A DNA stretch of 64,000 nucleotides. Source: Felis catus. Its lineage: Eukaryota. Positions within the stretch are counted from its first letter, which is position 1, and every line of letters begins with the position of its first letter. The stretch covers positions 310,001 through 374,000 of the forward strand of contig NC_058368.1 of assembly GCF_018350175.1 (NCBI RefSeq). Direction: 5' to 3'. The notes under the pieces were generated by a model, which made no database searches, was not told the DNA's origin, and saw only the letters and a program-made list of their open reading frames with translations. Below are positions 10,348 to 22,610 of the stretch, in pieces. Made by a program: the position numbers and the translations under genes.

Positions 10348-12144
10348 ATTTTTCATTTCTTTTTAATCAAAAGATACTAGGGCTGATCTGGTAGTAACGG
10401 GAATGGAAGTGGGAAAGAAGCCTATGAAACATAGTGTTTTGTACATAGAGTATTCTCAGAAACTCCAGTTTCTGCTCAGTCACTTAAAACAAGTGACACC
10501 AGTATAGAGGCATAGCAAATCCTATAGATTTCACTGGAACTCTTTCCTCATACAACCCAGGGTGGGGACAGACTGGGAAATTCTTTCTACTGAAGGACAT
10601 TTTTTTCCTTTCCTTATTCATAAAGTGAAATAGCAGATATTGTGACAGTCCATGACACAATGGAACTATATGACATGGGAAACCATTGGTATCCAAAATG
10701 GATAGTAATGATTTTACCCTTCATCCCCATGCACTAAGCCATGATTAATTTTCTCTCTGCCAAATACACAAGGAGTCACATCAGTGCCCAAGAGGGGCAG
10801 ACAGAGTGTTATTTGTTGCGGTCTTCCTGTGAGCCAGGCCTGTGCTGGTCACTTTCACACACCAATGTGAACCTCACAGCAGCCTTCTGAGACAGACCTA
10901 CTGATTCTTCAGCTGTGGAAACTGAACCTCAGAGAAGAAGGTAAATTTGTTCAAGAGAGTTTCAAATCCCATTCTGTCCACATCAGAAACTTGTGCTTTT
11001 TCTTCTGTATCATCCTGCCTGACCTGATTCAGAAACATAAATGAGGCAAGGGAAGGAGATCCCCATCTTTTTCAACCAGCATTTACAGGAGACAGGCTGA
11101 GTGTGAGGGAGCTGGGGATCCACAGACATGACAAACCCAAACCTCTGCTCAAGGAACTGACAGTTCAGGAAGGCATTTTGGTGTCCAATAAGATGGCAAA
11201 ATGAACACACAATACAGACACTTGTAAAGATGTATAGGCAAAAAACACCATCTATTAATGGATTTTGCTAGGCAACATTTGAAATTTCTACCTCTGTATT
11301 TCTTCATTTCTCCTTTATGTTTGCTATTTTCCTCTCATTTACGTATCCCAATCTGACTTCCAGGTGATTTCCTCACAAGTTTCTACAAACTCACTACAAC
11401 TGGGTCTACATGTAAGCTATCAATCACATTGTCATTCTCTTCATATGTTTTCATTTCTAGATTTACTTTTCTCTAAAATGTTCCTGTGCTTGCTTTATGG
11501 ATTCTATTCTTTATTTTGTCTTCCTTCACATGCTTATATGACAGTCATGCTCACATCTCACTGTTATGTCCAGTTTCTTGGGGGTATTTTTATCAGGTCA
11601 GCTGTTTCTTGTGCCATTGGATTACCTACCTTTTCACCGACAAGTCATCTTCAGGGGAATTTTCCTCTGTGCAGGCCTCCCTGTGGGGCAACTGTGATTA
11701 TCTCCACTTACATACTATGGGGTTTGTTTCTTCCAGTTCTCTTGGGAGGTTAGCTTCCTAATCTCTCTCTCTCTCACTCTGGCTCTCACTCTCGCTCTCT
11801 TTCTCTCTCATCTGGCATCCTAATAGTGTGCTTAGCCTTATGGTTCCAATTTCTTCACATCAAACCTGTTCCAACCTCAACCTTGAGCAACAAGCCTGCT
11901 CAGCAATGGGACATGCGCTCAGGTAAGATGCAGGTTTTTAATTTAAATTCAGAGAATAGAGAGCCACTTCCTGAGTCCAGACTTTACTCAGGCAACCGGG
12001 GACCAGTTCCCACCATAAATTGCCTCATGACCTCAACACCTCCCCAAAGTAGTAGTTAACACCTTAATATTTAAGGAAAAATACCCACATGCTACATGCA
12101 GGTAGGTAAAAGGGGAAGATAACAGGCTGACCAAGTCAGATCTC

Positions 12145-12376
12145 TTTTTGTTTTTATTATTTTGTTTTTTTAAGTTTATTAATTTATTTATTTGGGGGAT
12201 GGGGAGGGAGAGCATGAGCAGAGGAGGGGCAGAGACAGAGGGAGAGAGAGAATCCCAAGAAGGCTCTGTGCTGTCAGCACAGAGCCCAATGTGGGCCTTG
12301 ATCCCAGGAATCATGAGATTATGACAGACCTGAAATCAAGAGTCTGATGCTTACTGACTGAACCACCCAGGCACCC
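12145..12376 (-). mobile_element. Can-SINE
   Basis: T-tract, body and ...ccacccaggcaccc head. Confidence 0.9.
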
Positions 12377-12599
12377 TAAAGTCAATTCTCCTTTTGAAGA
12401 CATTTTCCACAATTCATTCTTTCAACAATTTTCTTTAACATCTCATTGACCAAAATGTGGTCATATGGTAATCACAGGAGAGGCTGAAATAAACTGTTTT
12501 TCAGCAGGGCTGACACTTCCAACAAATTGAATTCTATTAAGAAAGTCTCTGCCATCATAGCTGAGACTAGCACACAGGGCCCATTGTGTACTACTGTCT

Positions 12600-13250
12600 C
12601 TAGCTCCCACATTACCTCCATTTCTCCAGCATCATCTCCTTCCACTTTTCCAAACAAATTCCATGCTACCACCAAACTTAACTTTTACTACTTCCCGTAG
12701 CAACCTTCCCACAGCAACCCACAGGTAATACTCATCACTCATAATTCTTTTTTTTAGGTTCCACCATTCTTGATAGACTGTAAACCCCATGGAAGTTCAC
12801 TAACGGAATTATAGGACTAATCATTGGCTTGATACATACTGAATGATCCATAAAGTTTTCTTTACTTATGAGTGGATGGTCAGATGGATGGACTGACTGA
12901 TGGATGAATGTTCCCTGTTCTCTCTCTGTTTTCATACATGCTATTCCCTTTGCCTAGCATGCCCTTCTTCCATTGTCTACCCAGCTAATTCCTGTTAATT
13001 GATAACATTTAGCTGAAATGTGCCCTCTTTAGCAAAGTTCTCCCTGGTCATACCTACCTGGATTAGGCATCCTGCTTTTTGCTCCTGTGCCCCCCCCCCC
13101 CGACCATAGCCTTTATTATACTGGATTGTACACCTGAGTTTACTTGCCTTTACCTTTGAGCTCTTTGAGAGCAGATCTGACTTCAACTCTGTATGTCTGG
13201 TGCTAATCCCATTGCCTGTCATGGAACAGGAGCTCAATTGATTTGCAATG
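12600..13250 (+). mobile_element. L2 remnants
   Basis: L2 3'-end-like motifs (gactgtaaaccccatggaag...; tttgagctctttgagagcag). Confidence 0.45.
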
Positions 13251-13301
13251 AAATTAGAATAAAAGTGAAAGTAATGAAGACCATGTGTCTCTTGTTTCTA
13301 G

Positions 13302-13439
13302 AGGAAGATATGGCAGGTGGAAAACACTTTGGATGAACTGAATGAGGAGTTCTTCCAGCTCACTGCTCAAGCCCTAGAACTTCAGAAGGAAAAGGACAAA
13401 CCAGGTCAACTTCCCCCAAGTGAAGGCAATACATTTGTG
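13302..13439 (+). CDS. Penultimate coding exon, coiled-coil-like (RKIWQVENTLDELNEEFFQLTAQALELQKEKDKPGQLPPSEGNTFV)
   Basis: Acceptor tgtctcttgtttctag|, donor GTG|gtaagc; 138 nt, phase 0 to 0; protein-like helix rich in L/E/Q. Confidence 0.78.
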
Positions 13440-14802
13440 GTAAGCCCAGCAGACTACCACCTCAGCTCCTGAGATGTCCATAGATAGCTGGGTCTCACGT
13501 GTGGGGTCCACAGAGTCACAGGACCCCATAGAAAGGGTTGGGACCAGAAAGTCCACCAACCAAAGTTTGGTTTTGCCTGTTTGGTTTAGCACATACTTCT
13601 AGAGACAGGGAGGACCTCTCAATCAGCTTGGGCTTGCAGGTCTCTAAGTAAATTGATGGCTCGGAAAGACTGAGGAAGAGTATGAAAAGGGAGCAATAAA
13701 AATAGCTGTTTAGATGTAGCTAACTAGTAGTACATGGTTCTGGAACAAGGACTTTTCCATGATATTCATCTGTCATCTAGATTGCTCCCCCATCCTAATT
13801 TGAGTCTCTGGAGGTATCAACATAGGAAAGGTTGGAGGGGACAAAGACAAGAGACAAAAGGGAATAATTGAGTTATATCTGCACTGAGCTCAATACAACT
13901 CTATTCACCAAAGCAGACAGCCAGTTTGTGGGCCTTAGTTTGCTACTTGGAGATTTTTAATACTGTATTAAAATATCATTTCATTTGACCTGAGTTTTTT
14001 GGCATACTCTTAACTTTTGCACCAAGCCAATGCCTCCTTCATCTCACCCTAATCCCTGCCTTGCTGAATTGTTAAACACAGGCAATGCCCTGGGTGGTGG
14101 AGAAGCAGGCAGAGATACCTCCTCTCACCAGGTTTCCCAGAGTGGGCATCTGTGCCAGAATACCTGTGTCTCTGGGGAATCCCCTCTTCACAACCAGAAA
14201 GGTCTCTGGGAGTGAGGGCCCAGGAGGGCCTTCTCTGAGATTTTCCAAAAAAAAAAGTCACACTAACCTGTGGGGTCTCTAAGCAGCCACCCTCTACTTC
14301 AGATAGGAAGCTGTGACATCAGTTCCACTGTGGAAGGACCATGCATAGGGACCTATCACTGACTGCATTAAGGGGCTCAAATGATTTGGTGAGGATAAAG
14401 TAACATGGTAACTTCAAGCTTGAAAAGACATTATATAAATATCTCTAGTATTAAGGAAGGAAAAAACAGGATGAGCTGAGGGGCTATAAAATACAGCAAT
14501 ATTTAATTATTCAATAATTATTCCAAATTATTAACCATGATGATTGTGTAATGATATAATTAGTTGTTGTGCCTTAATGTAGCAACATAAACTCAGGGAA
14601 CACTATGTCTTTGTTAGTTAATTGTGAAGTCAGTCCCTGGAGGTAAGTTGTTGGCATCTTCCCAAGTATTTGGATGGGTGCTAATGCCTAGAGACCGTCA
14701 GAGGGACGAGAGTCATGCCAAGATCATGTGGTGGATACAGGAAAGAGTGAACTTAGAACTCTCAGGGGCCACATTTCCTTTTCCTGTTTGTGTCCTTTTC
14801 AG

Positions 14803-15051
14803 GAGGTTCCCAGCATCTTCCCTTATGTGTGGCAAGAAGACAGACCCTACCCACCAGAGGTAGGTGACCCAGATGGAGAGAATCTGGGGACCTGGGCCCT
14901 GAATAGAGAGGAGGCCCTGATGCTGGGAGTGAGAAGAGCCCACCTGGCTCAGAGGATTGAAGACCTGGAGTGGGAGCTGTCCCTGCTCCTCCAGGTGGCA
15001 GATGGCAGCGTGTATACAGGAGGGAGCAGGCCCAGCCTGGGGAGATGCTGA
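14803..15051 (+). CDS. Terminal coding exon (EVPSIFPYVWQED...LAQRIEDLEWELSLLLQVADG...LGRC*)
   Basis: Long polypyrimidine acceptor tttccttttcctgtttgtgtccttttcag|, phase 0, TGA at 15049-15051, AATAAA about 235 nt downstream. Confidence 0.78.
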   Translation, partial: EVPSIFPYVWQEDRPYPPEVGDPDGENLGTWALNREEALMLGVRRAHLAQRIEDLEWELSLLLQVADGSVYTGGSRPSLGRC

Positions 15052-15284
15052 GTCACACAGGATGCTGCAGTGGCCATCTGTAGGAGTGCCTTCTCCACGG
15101 AGAACACAACTGGGTTAATCCATTCACTCCTGGTAGGAAGGAGTGGGTGTCTCAGGGACCAACGGGGCCTGGAACATGTGCTCAGTTTTATGACATGCTT
15201 CTTTTGGGCAACACCCAAATTTCTTTCAGAGCCTGGACCTTGGCTTGTGCTGATTTCTGTCTGCTATCCTTTGGAGTGAGGGAA

Positions 15285-15290
15285 AATAAA
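15285..15290 (+). terminator. Polyadenylation signal AATAAA of the plus-strand gene
   Basis: First AATAAA after the stop codon of the terminal exon, followed by GT/T-rich sequence (tgtgtt, tctgtcc). Confidence 0.6.
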
Positions 15291-15699
15291 GTCATACAAG
15301 TCAAGAAAATTGACATGTGTTCCCATCACTGAGTCTGTCCTCACTCTCTTTTCAGGGCACTGGCCACTGGGTGCTGTGGTCCAGGCTGAATGCCCCCAAC
15401 AGCTTCACTGGGGCACCTGGCTTCAAGGGTGAGAAGCACTTGGGGTGGGGACCATGAGACCCTACGTGCAGCCACAGCACAGACCTTCCACGCTGATCCT
15501 CCATCACTGCCAACTCCTCATGGGGATCCCCAGTGGGCCACATTCCCTGCCTGGTTCTGGTGACCTCCTGGAGCACGTAGAGACAGGCAAGGATATGCTG
15601 GCCATCCCCAGCCTCCTGTGCCACATAGAGGGCCTCAGGTCCAGAGAGAACTGTGCTTCCCCAGGACAGCCTATGCTTTCTGCCCTCTGTGCCTTTGCA

Positions 15700-16060
15700 C
15701 AAGCAGCTCTCTTTCCAGAAGGTCCCTCCTACTTCCATCTGCTCACTCTAGGTGAAGCTCTCTGCACCCTCCAAGACCTGCCTCAGAGGTCGCTGACTCA
15801 ATGCAGCTCTTCCCAAACCCCCTTCCCAATCTTTCTCTCCTTTGAATCCTCATGTTGTCTTGTCTCTACCATTTGTCATATTCCCACTTGAGTCATTTGT
15901 GCCATGATTTATCCTCCCTCCTAGATTTTAAGTTCCTTAAAGGCAAAGTATGTCACACACACACACACACACACACACGTACACGTACAAACACCACTCA
16001 CACACTGCTTTGCACGTACTGGGTACCAGGTGAGCCAGGAATGCTTCATGAGTGTAACTG
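15700..16060 (+). mobile_element. L2 remnant with (CA)n
   Basis: ctagattttaagttccttaaaggcaaag L2 tail motif; CA run at about 15954-15978. Confidence 0.5.
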
Positions 16061-17654
16061 ACTATACAGACAAAGCCACTGACCCTGAAGTCACATGGTC
16101 ATGTCAGGGCCACACGAGCATAAGGGAAACTGAACACCACTAGGACAGAGGGAGGCACTCAGAGGCAAAGAAGTGGAGGTCCAGGACTGGAGCCCTTGGG
16201 ATAGGTTCAAGGAGGGGCTAGGACTTGAACCAAGAGTTCAGTGGTGTTAAACATGGATGGTGGGTAAGGGACCTGGAAAAGGGAGAGCATTTCTGCCTGG
16301 TTAGGTGGCTGGTAAAGAGAGACATGAGAGAGAAGAACATGCAAGGTATTGACCAAATGGAATCAGGACAGAATCCATTTAGGAAGAGGAAATCACAGGG
16401 GGAAGTAGAAGTGGAAAGAATGTCCTAAGCCCCAGGAATTCCTGACTCCTGGGGCTCCCCTCCCTATCCTCAGCTAGTGCTCTTTGGCCCATAGCCATGC
16501 TGTGGCTGAGGCTGCCAGGCCAGACCGTAGAACTGTGTCTAGCCATTTCTGACAGCCAGTGTTGCGTTGAGTTCCTTAGCCCTCACAGCAGCTATGTGGA
16601 GACATACCTGGACTCCAATATCTTGTCAACTTGATCAAATGTGTTCAGGGTCTGCCTCTCCATGGACCTGTGTTCCAGGCAGGGAACCCAGGGGTCCCAA
16701 GCAGATGTTCACACAGGACCTGGAGAAGCAGACCTTCCTCTACTGTTCACTGGGTCTGTCAAGGTGGCCATGCACTATTGTGCCTCAAACTCTTCAGGAG
16801 GGAGCTTTTTCAGGTGACTATCCCCTCACCAAGAGCTGCCATTGTCATAAAGGATGTAAGTCTCCAAGTTTCTTTTGTCTGTGAGATCCTACTGTTCAGA
16901 GCTCCAGGCCACCGGGGAGAGACAAGCTGCCCCAAGAGCCAAAGTCCCCTATTAAGTCCTCACTAGAGCATGGGATGAGAGGAGGTGCTTTGCTGACTGC
17001 CAGCTGGTTTCTGCTTTTCTGGCTGGTTCCAAAATATTCATCCCATTCTCTACAGAGGTGAGTGACTGCTGTCCCTTTTAGTAGCAGTAAGTCCCTGGGC
17101 TAGAAGGAAGGTCACTCCTCACTTCAGATTAAAAAAGTAAAAACATCAATGATACTGTATTTCCACTGCCTCCTGGGCCTCCAGGCAGCTATCCATGTAT
17201 TCAAACTGCTTCCCAATGTGGCCTCTGGGATTGATATTGCTGACCCTGAGGCATCTAAAAATCCCTTTTCTGCCACCATCAAACACCAAAACACAGCCCA
17301 AATGTATGTCTGTCTGACAGTATTCATTGATGGATACATGGTTCAGGGTGGACCAAGGCTCAAAACTGAGATGTGAGCCATGTGTCTATGGGAGGGTTCC
17401 TGCCCATGGGTCTGTATGATCAGCCTGGAAAAAGTCAACATGAGGGTTCATTCACTGGAGTGGGAAGCCTATCTACCCAGATCTGAGCCCAGAGCCACCT
17501 CTTGTGGATGCCAAATCAACCATCTGAATAGCCAAACATTTAGTTACCCTTTATTCACAGAAGGGGATCCAGCTGGAGAGAGACTGGGTCCAGGCTTTCA
17601 TAGTGCTGCCAGGAGAGAAGCACAACCCTTGAGGAAGTCAGCATGAGGTGGGTT

Positions 17655-17799
17655 CAGTGCATCTCAAACTGCACATGCAGGAAAATTGCCAGGAATCTTG
17701 TTAAAAAGCAGCTTCTGATTCTAGGGGGGCAGAGTGTCTACATTTCTAACAAGCTCCAGGAGAAACACCTGGTCCGTGGACCTCATTTTGAGTCCAAGG
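17655..17799. mobile_element. MER5A-like hAT-Charlie DNA transposon
   Basis: cagtgcatctcaaact...cttgttaaaaagcagcttctgattc...catttctaacaagctccagg...ctggtccgtggacctcattttgag. Confidence 0.65.
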
Positions 17800-18119
17800 T
17801 CATAGGCCCTGGTAAGGAAAGTTGATACTATTTTAAGGTCATTAACCAGGAGAGTAATATGATCTGGGGGCACACAGCATTAGGAGGGACAAGTTCCTAA
17901 ATTCTGTTTGTTCCTGAGTTTGAGCTGCTACTAGACACACAAATCCACTATAAGCTGTACATATGAGCCTGGAGCTCGGGTGACATGGGGAGCTGCGTAC
18001 AGGAGAGCCTCCAAAGGACACCGATGTCCTGGAGTCCACACAGCACTCAGCAGCCTGCACAGCGCTCAGCCCTTGGCAGCCGCACCCAAAGTAGTCGTCC
18101 CCACATCCCTTCAAAAGTA

Positions 18120-18350
18120 CTTTCTAAATGCCAACGCCTGGGTGAAGAGCTTTAAATACATAATCTCATTTCATCCTCACAGGAATCATATTGCTTAGGT
18201 GACACCACTTCCGTTCTACAGATGAGGAAATGGGGGGCAGAGAAACAGTGACCTATACGAACTACTAAGTGGCAGTGTTCATATTCAGACCCTGGTCTAT
18301 CTGACAACAAAACCCATGTTCTAACCACCAGGTTACAGTGCTGCCTAACC
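18120..18350 (+). mobile_element. MIR
   Basis: ttctacagatgaggaaatggggggcagaga MIR core. Confidence 0.7.
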
Positions 18351-18499
18351 ATGGGGTCACCAGTGAAGGTTCCGAAATCTACAGGCAGTTAGGAATGAAC
18401 AACCAAGCACATACCCACAGAGTCCAAAATGAAGGACATCTTTGACTTGCCTGGGCCAGTGACATCTAATGCAAGCTCCTCAGAATCATATGGGTCTTT

Positions 18500-18860
18500 T
18501 AGTTTAAGTATAATTTAACTATTCTAAAACAAAAAATTAAGAAAATACATTCAAAGATACAACCATCAACATACAAATCATTGGAAACCACCAAAGTCTC
18601 AACTGCCATGTTAGTGTGTTTTCATGTGGACTACAAAAATAAATCTGTCCTCTTAATTTTAAAATATCTTGAAATTGCAAACCAAGACATTTTTTAATTT
18701 TTGGAATTTGTAACAGCTGATCTGTATGAATCCAGATTTTCTCAATAATATGTCATAGAATAACATAGATAAGTGAGACACTGGCTTGCATATATGTCAG
18801 CAAAAGCCATACATGTCTCCCATTATAATGCCTGCATTTGTCAGAAAAGACTCATTGTTG
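18500..18860 (+). mobile_element. Possible hAT-Charlie transposase-end remnant
   Basis: tctgtatgaatccagattttctcaata resembles the hAT C-terminal (LCESGFS) coding motif; very degenerate. Confidence 0.3.
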
Positions 18861-18861
18861 G

Positions 18862-19160
18862 CAAACCATAAGAGACTCTTAAATACAGAGAATAAACTAA
18901 GGGCTGCTGGAGGGATTTGGGGTGTGGGGTGGGCTAAATGGGTGATGGGTATTAGGGAGGGCACTTGGGAGGAGCACTGGGTGTTCTATGTAAGTGATGA
19001 ATCACTAAATTCTACTACTGAAACCATTATTACACTATATGTTAGCTAACTTGGATTTAAATTTAAAAAGAAAAAGAAAGAAATTTCACTAAATAACAAA
19101 AAAATAAAATACATAGAAAATTTAAAAAAACAGACTTTAGAAACAAAAAATAAATAAAGG
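18862..19160 (+). mobile_element. Carnivore L1 3'UTR fragment with A-rich tail
   Basis: aaaccataagagactcttaaatacagagaataaactaagg...gtaagtgatgaatcactaaattctact. Confidence 0.9.
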
Positions 19161-20297
19161 AGAGGAATACTCACCCCCCCCCAAAACAAAGAGCCTCGTT
19201 GATTTCATTGACCAATTTACAATTAGTTAATTTATTCAATTTGAATCTATAAAATAACTTATACTACTAAAAGGTGGCCCTTCTTTTTTTTCCTACTTCG
19301 TATACTGCCTCATAAGATTTTTTTGGCAGTAAGATTCCCCTACTGAAAGAGAGCCTCTGTGTGCCTGTGGGTCACTTCCGAGCCCTGAGGCTCTGGGGCC
19401 CAGCTCCGGCAGAGTAACCCACCCTGCCCCTTGGCGGGGAAGCCCTGGGCCTCAGCCATCTTTATTAAACAAGGCCTGTCATTTCCCTGGCGTGGGCAGC
19501 ATCTGGGGAAAACACCTCAGCATTTCCGTGTTGGACGGTACTACCAGCCTGGTCTGTCCCTACCACAGGAGAGGGACGGCCCCCACAACTCAGTAGAGCC
19601 TCAGGTCATTGCCCTGCCCCATCCCGCCCTGCATTCTTTCCTTCCAATGTTGTTGACAGCAATAATGCTTAGCACTGACACGCCAAGGACAGTCCAGCCT
19701 CCCAGGCTGCCCCCACTTTCCCAAGCACTGCTAGTGCATCAGTAAGGGCAGAGAACAGATGCAAGAACATGCTCTCCACCACCTTCTTAATCACTGCAAA
19801 GCACTCTCAACTCAGGAGGAGGGGTAGTCAACTCCGGCAGCTCCCGCAGGTGACTTTATTCTAAGGGAGAAGACCTGCTACAGTAGAGAGAAGCTCGAAG
19901 GGCCTGTGTTGCACAAGACAATTGTGCTCCAACATGGGCCATGCACAAGTGAGTGAGGCACCTGCATGTCAAGACAGCTAAAGCTGGGACCAAATGAAAA
20001 CTCCCCACAGAGACTGAGAACTGTAGATCCCTCTTCTTCAGCAAAGTGCTGCAGCCTGGGATGGTGCCCTGCTCATGGCCAGTTCTGCCACCTCCTGGTA
20101 AAGCAACAATGAGCAAGCTACTTAAACTCAGTACTTCAGGTTCCCTGGCAGAAAAACAAGGGTGATGGCAGCACTTGCTACGCAGGTTGCTGCAGGAATT
20201 AGAAATACTATGCATTAAGCTTTTGATGTGTGGCTGGCATTCTATAGATGGCAAGCTTGTTAATCTTTTTCACTCCGAGCAGGTTCTGAGATTGTGG

Positions 20298-20836
20298 TGT
20301 AGGGGCCAAGGCTGAGTCACACCAGAATGTGCCACTTTTGCTGCAGATTATTTCAAGCTGAAAACAGTCAAGTCCCAAAAGACTCAGGAAGAAACTTTCA
20401 CCTTCCCCCTAACCATCTGAAAGAATTTAGATGGAGGACCTGCTCCAGGTAGAGAACTTGTCACCATAGCAAACTGGATTATACTATGAGCCAGGCGTGG
20501 TAGACAGGAGGAGCCTAGAAAGGCCTGGGGTATCAAAGTCCTCTCCAGGTCCTATTGTTTCTGGATGGCCCACCAAACATTTGTTTACCAAACTTACTCT
20601 TTTTCATCTTTCTGTGAGTTGCTTTCCTTCCCTTTGAAGTCTCAGGGCCCCTACCCTTTTCCTTAGTTCAGGATGACATATATACCTGATTTTGCCTGAC
20701 TGTCTTTGGAATCGCATGTCTATGTGAATTCCCTGGACATACGTTATTAAATCTAATTTTCTCCTGTTTATCTGTCTCCTGTCAATTTAATTCTTAGACC
20801 AGTGGACAAGCAGAGGAAAATTTTTCCTTGCCAACT
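20298..20836 (+). mobile_element. ERV1-class solo LTR, copy C
   Basis: Same family as 4282-4850; flanks gtgg/gtag (4-bp TSD, one mismatch). Confidence 0.8.
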
Positions 20837-21071
20837 GTAGAAACTAAAGGATCCTTCTCCTAATATGAAACTTGGGGCCACATAGCCAGGGAGAGAGTCA
20901 GGAGGAGCTGGGTTTAGGTGACATTCAACTCCTCCCAGGATTTGCATAGAGGCTTGCGAGTGTCTGCCACCCATTCATGATTAAGTGTCCAGGTTTGGAG
21001 AACCCTCAGCAAGACACAGGCCTCACCTCGAACCTCCAACTCCACATACACGAGCTGTTCTCTTTGGATGT

Positions 21072-21827
21072 TGTCAAGGAGGAAGAATTTCTTCTGCCCT
21101 TAAAGATCTTTCTAGCTGGAGTAAGAACCAAATTCACACGATACAGATTTACAGAAGAAAATCAAATTTAATTTCATGCATACAGGGAATCTACACAGAA
21201 ATGGAAATTCCAAAGACGGTCAGACAAAATGAGATGTGTGTGTCATCCTCAACTAAGAAGAAGGAGATAAGGAATTCAAAGGAAGAAATGCAATTCACAG
21301 GAAGATGATAAAGAGTCAACAAGAGTCTGGCCCATCCAGAAACAATAGGACATAGAGAGGACTTTGATCAAACAGGCCTTGTTCCATTTCTCCCTGCCTA
21401 CTACACCTAGGTCGTATAACGGTGTTGTTTTCTATGGTGACAGCTCTCTTACTGGAGCAAGTCCTCTAAATTCTTTTTAATTTTTTTTCTTAATGCTTAT
21501 TTATTTTTGAGACAAAGGGAGACAGAGCATGAACTGGGGAGGGTCAGAGAGAGAGGGAGACAAAGAATCTGAAACAGGCTCCAGGCTCCGAGCTGTCAGC
21601 ACAGAGCCCGAGGCGGGGCTCGAACTCACGGACCACGAGATGATGACCTGAACCGAAGTCAGACGCTTAACCAACTGAGCCACCCAGGCGCCCAAAAATT
21701 CTTTTAGGCAGTAGAGGGGGAGCTAAACAGCCTTTCCTGAAACTGCTGGCTTTTGACTGCTTTTAACTCAAAATAATCTTCATGCTGCAGTGGCCTGTCT
21801 TGGGGACACCTGCCCTTGGCTCTTACA
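21072..21827 (-). mobile_element. ERV1-class solo LTR, copy D, interrupted by a SINE
   Basis: Reverse complement of the copy A/C family; tgtcaaggaggaagaattt...tcttaca. Confidence 0.8.
21476..21693 (-). mobile_element. Felid Can-SINE
   Basis: CpGs retained; TSD aaattctttt. Confidence 0.95.
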
Positions 21828-22077
21828 GTTTCTCAGAGCCTTACAGAGGCTTACAGACCTCTCCAAGTTTCAGTTTCCCCATCTATAAAGGGATAATAAC
21901 ACATAAATCACTAGGTCACATCAGGATTACATTAAATATTTCAAGTTATTTTCTTAGCGCTCGAAGATCCACACGTAGTAAACATTCAGTACGAAGTAGC
22001 TTCTGTCATTCCATTTCTTGTTCTCTCAATTAAGGATAATAACTACCTTCCTGTTGTTTTGAGGGTTAAATGAATTG

Positions 22078-22610
22078 TGAAGGGGAAGAAGAAATTTTCC
22101 TTGGGCCAAGCTTCTTCTAGCTAGACTAAGAATTACATTTGCATAAGACAGATCAATAGGAGAAAAAAGGTTTTATAACAAGAGCACAGAGACCCAATAA
22201 TGGAACTGAGAGCTAAAAAAATAACCAAGGCAGGCAGTTTTGATACTTTTCAGACAAAGAGACAATATATCTATGAGGAATTGACAGGACAAAGAAAGCA
22301 ACTTCAGGAGTCTTAAGTAGGAAGGAGTTCTAAACAGAATTTAGGCTGAAGAAATAAATTAGTAAAAAGTAAGGAGAGTTGTTTATATAGCCTTCTTGGT
22401 TCTAAATTTCCTATCTATGGTGATAAGGATGTCTCCTTATCTCCTGGTACACAGAGGGCACCTTTCACATGGAGATTTAGTTCCAGCTTTAAGGGGGGCA
22501 GAGGAGGGTCTGAGTGTACTTCCTGCACAGGCTGTCTCTTAAGAAATTTTATTTAAAATAATCAATATGCCGAAGTGGCACATTTTGGTGGACTGTCCTT
22601 GTCCCCTACA
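22078..22610 (-). mobile_element. ERV1-class solo LTR (MER34-related), inserted in a MIR
   Basis: Shares both terminal regions with copies A-D (ctagctagactaagaatt...aaaataatcaatatgccgaagtggcacattt...cccctaca); MIR sequence resumes on both sides. Confidence 0.72.

Noticed and set aside
15352..15891. Overlapping 128-aa and 148-aa ORFs downstream of the polyA signal
   Set aside because: No recognisable domain, partly L2-derived, no supporting splice structure.
18046..18066. RE1/NRSE-like motif ctcagcagcctgcacagcgct
   Set aside because: Mismatches in both conserved half-sites (CAGCACC and GGACAG); unlikely to bind REST.
4282..21827. Repeated '+LTR ... -LTR with SINE' arrangement as a segmental duplication or proviral LTR pair
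   Set aside because: Flanks and spacers are unrelated, SINE positions and TSDs differ, paired LTRs are inverted rather than direct, and no gag/pol/env sequence was seen.
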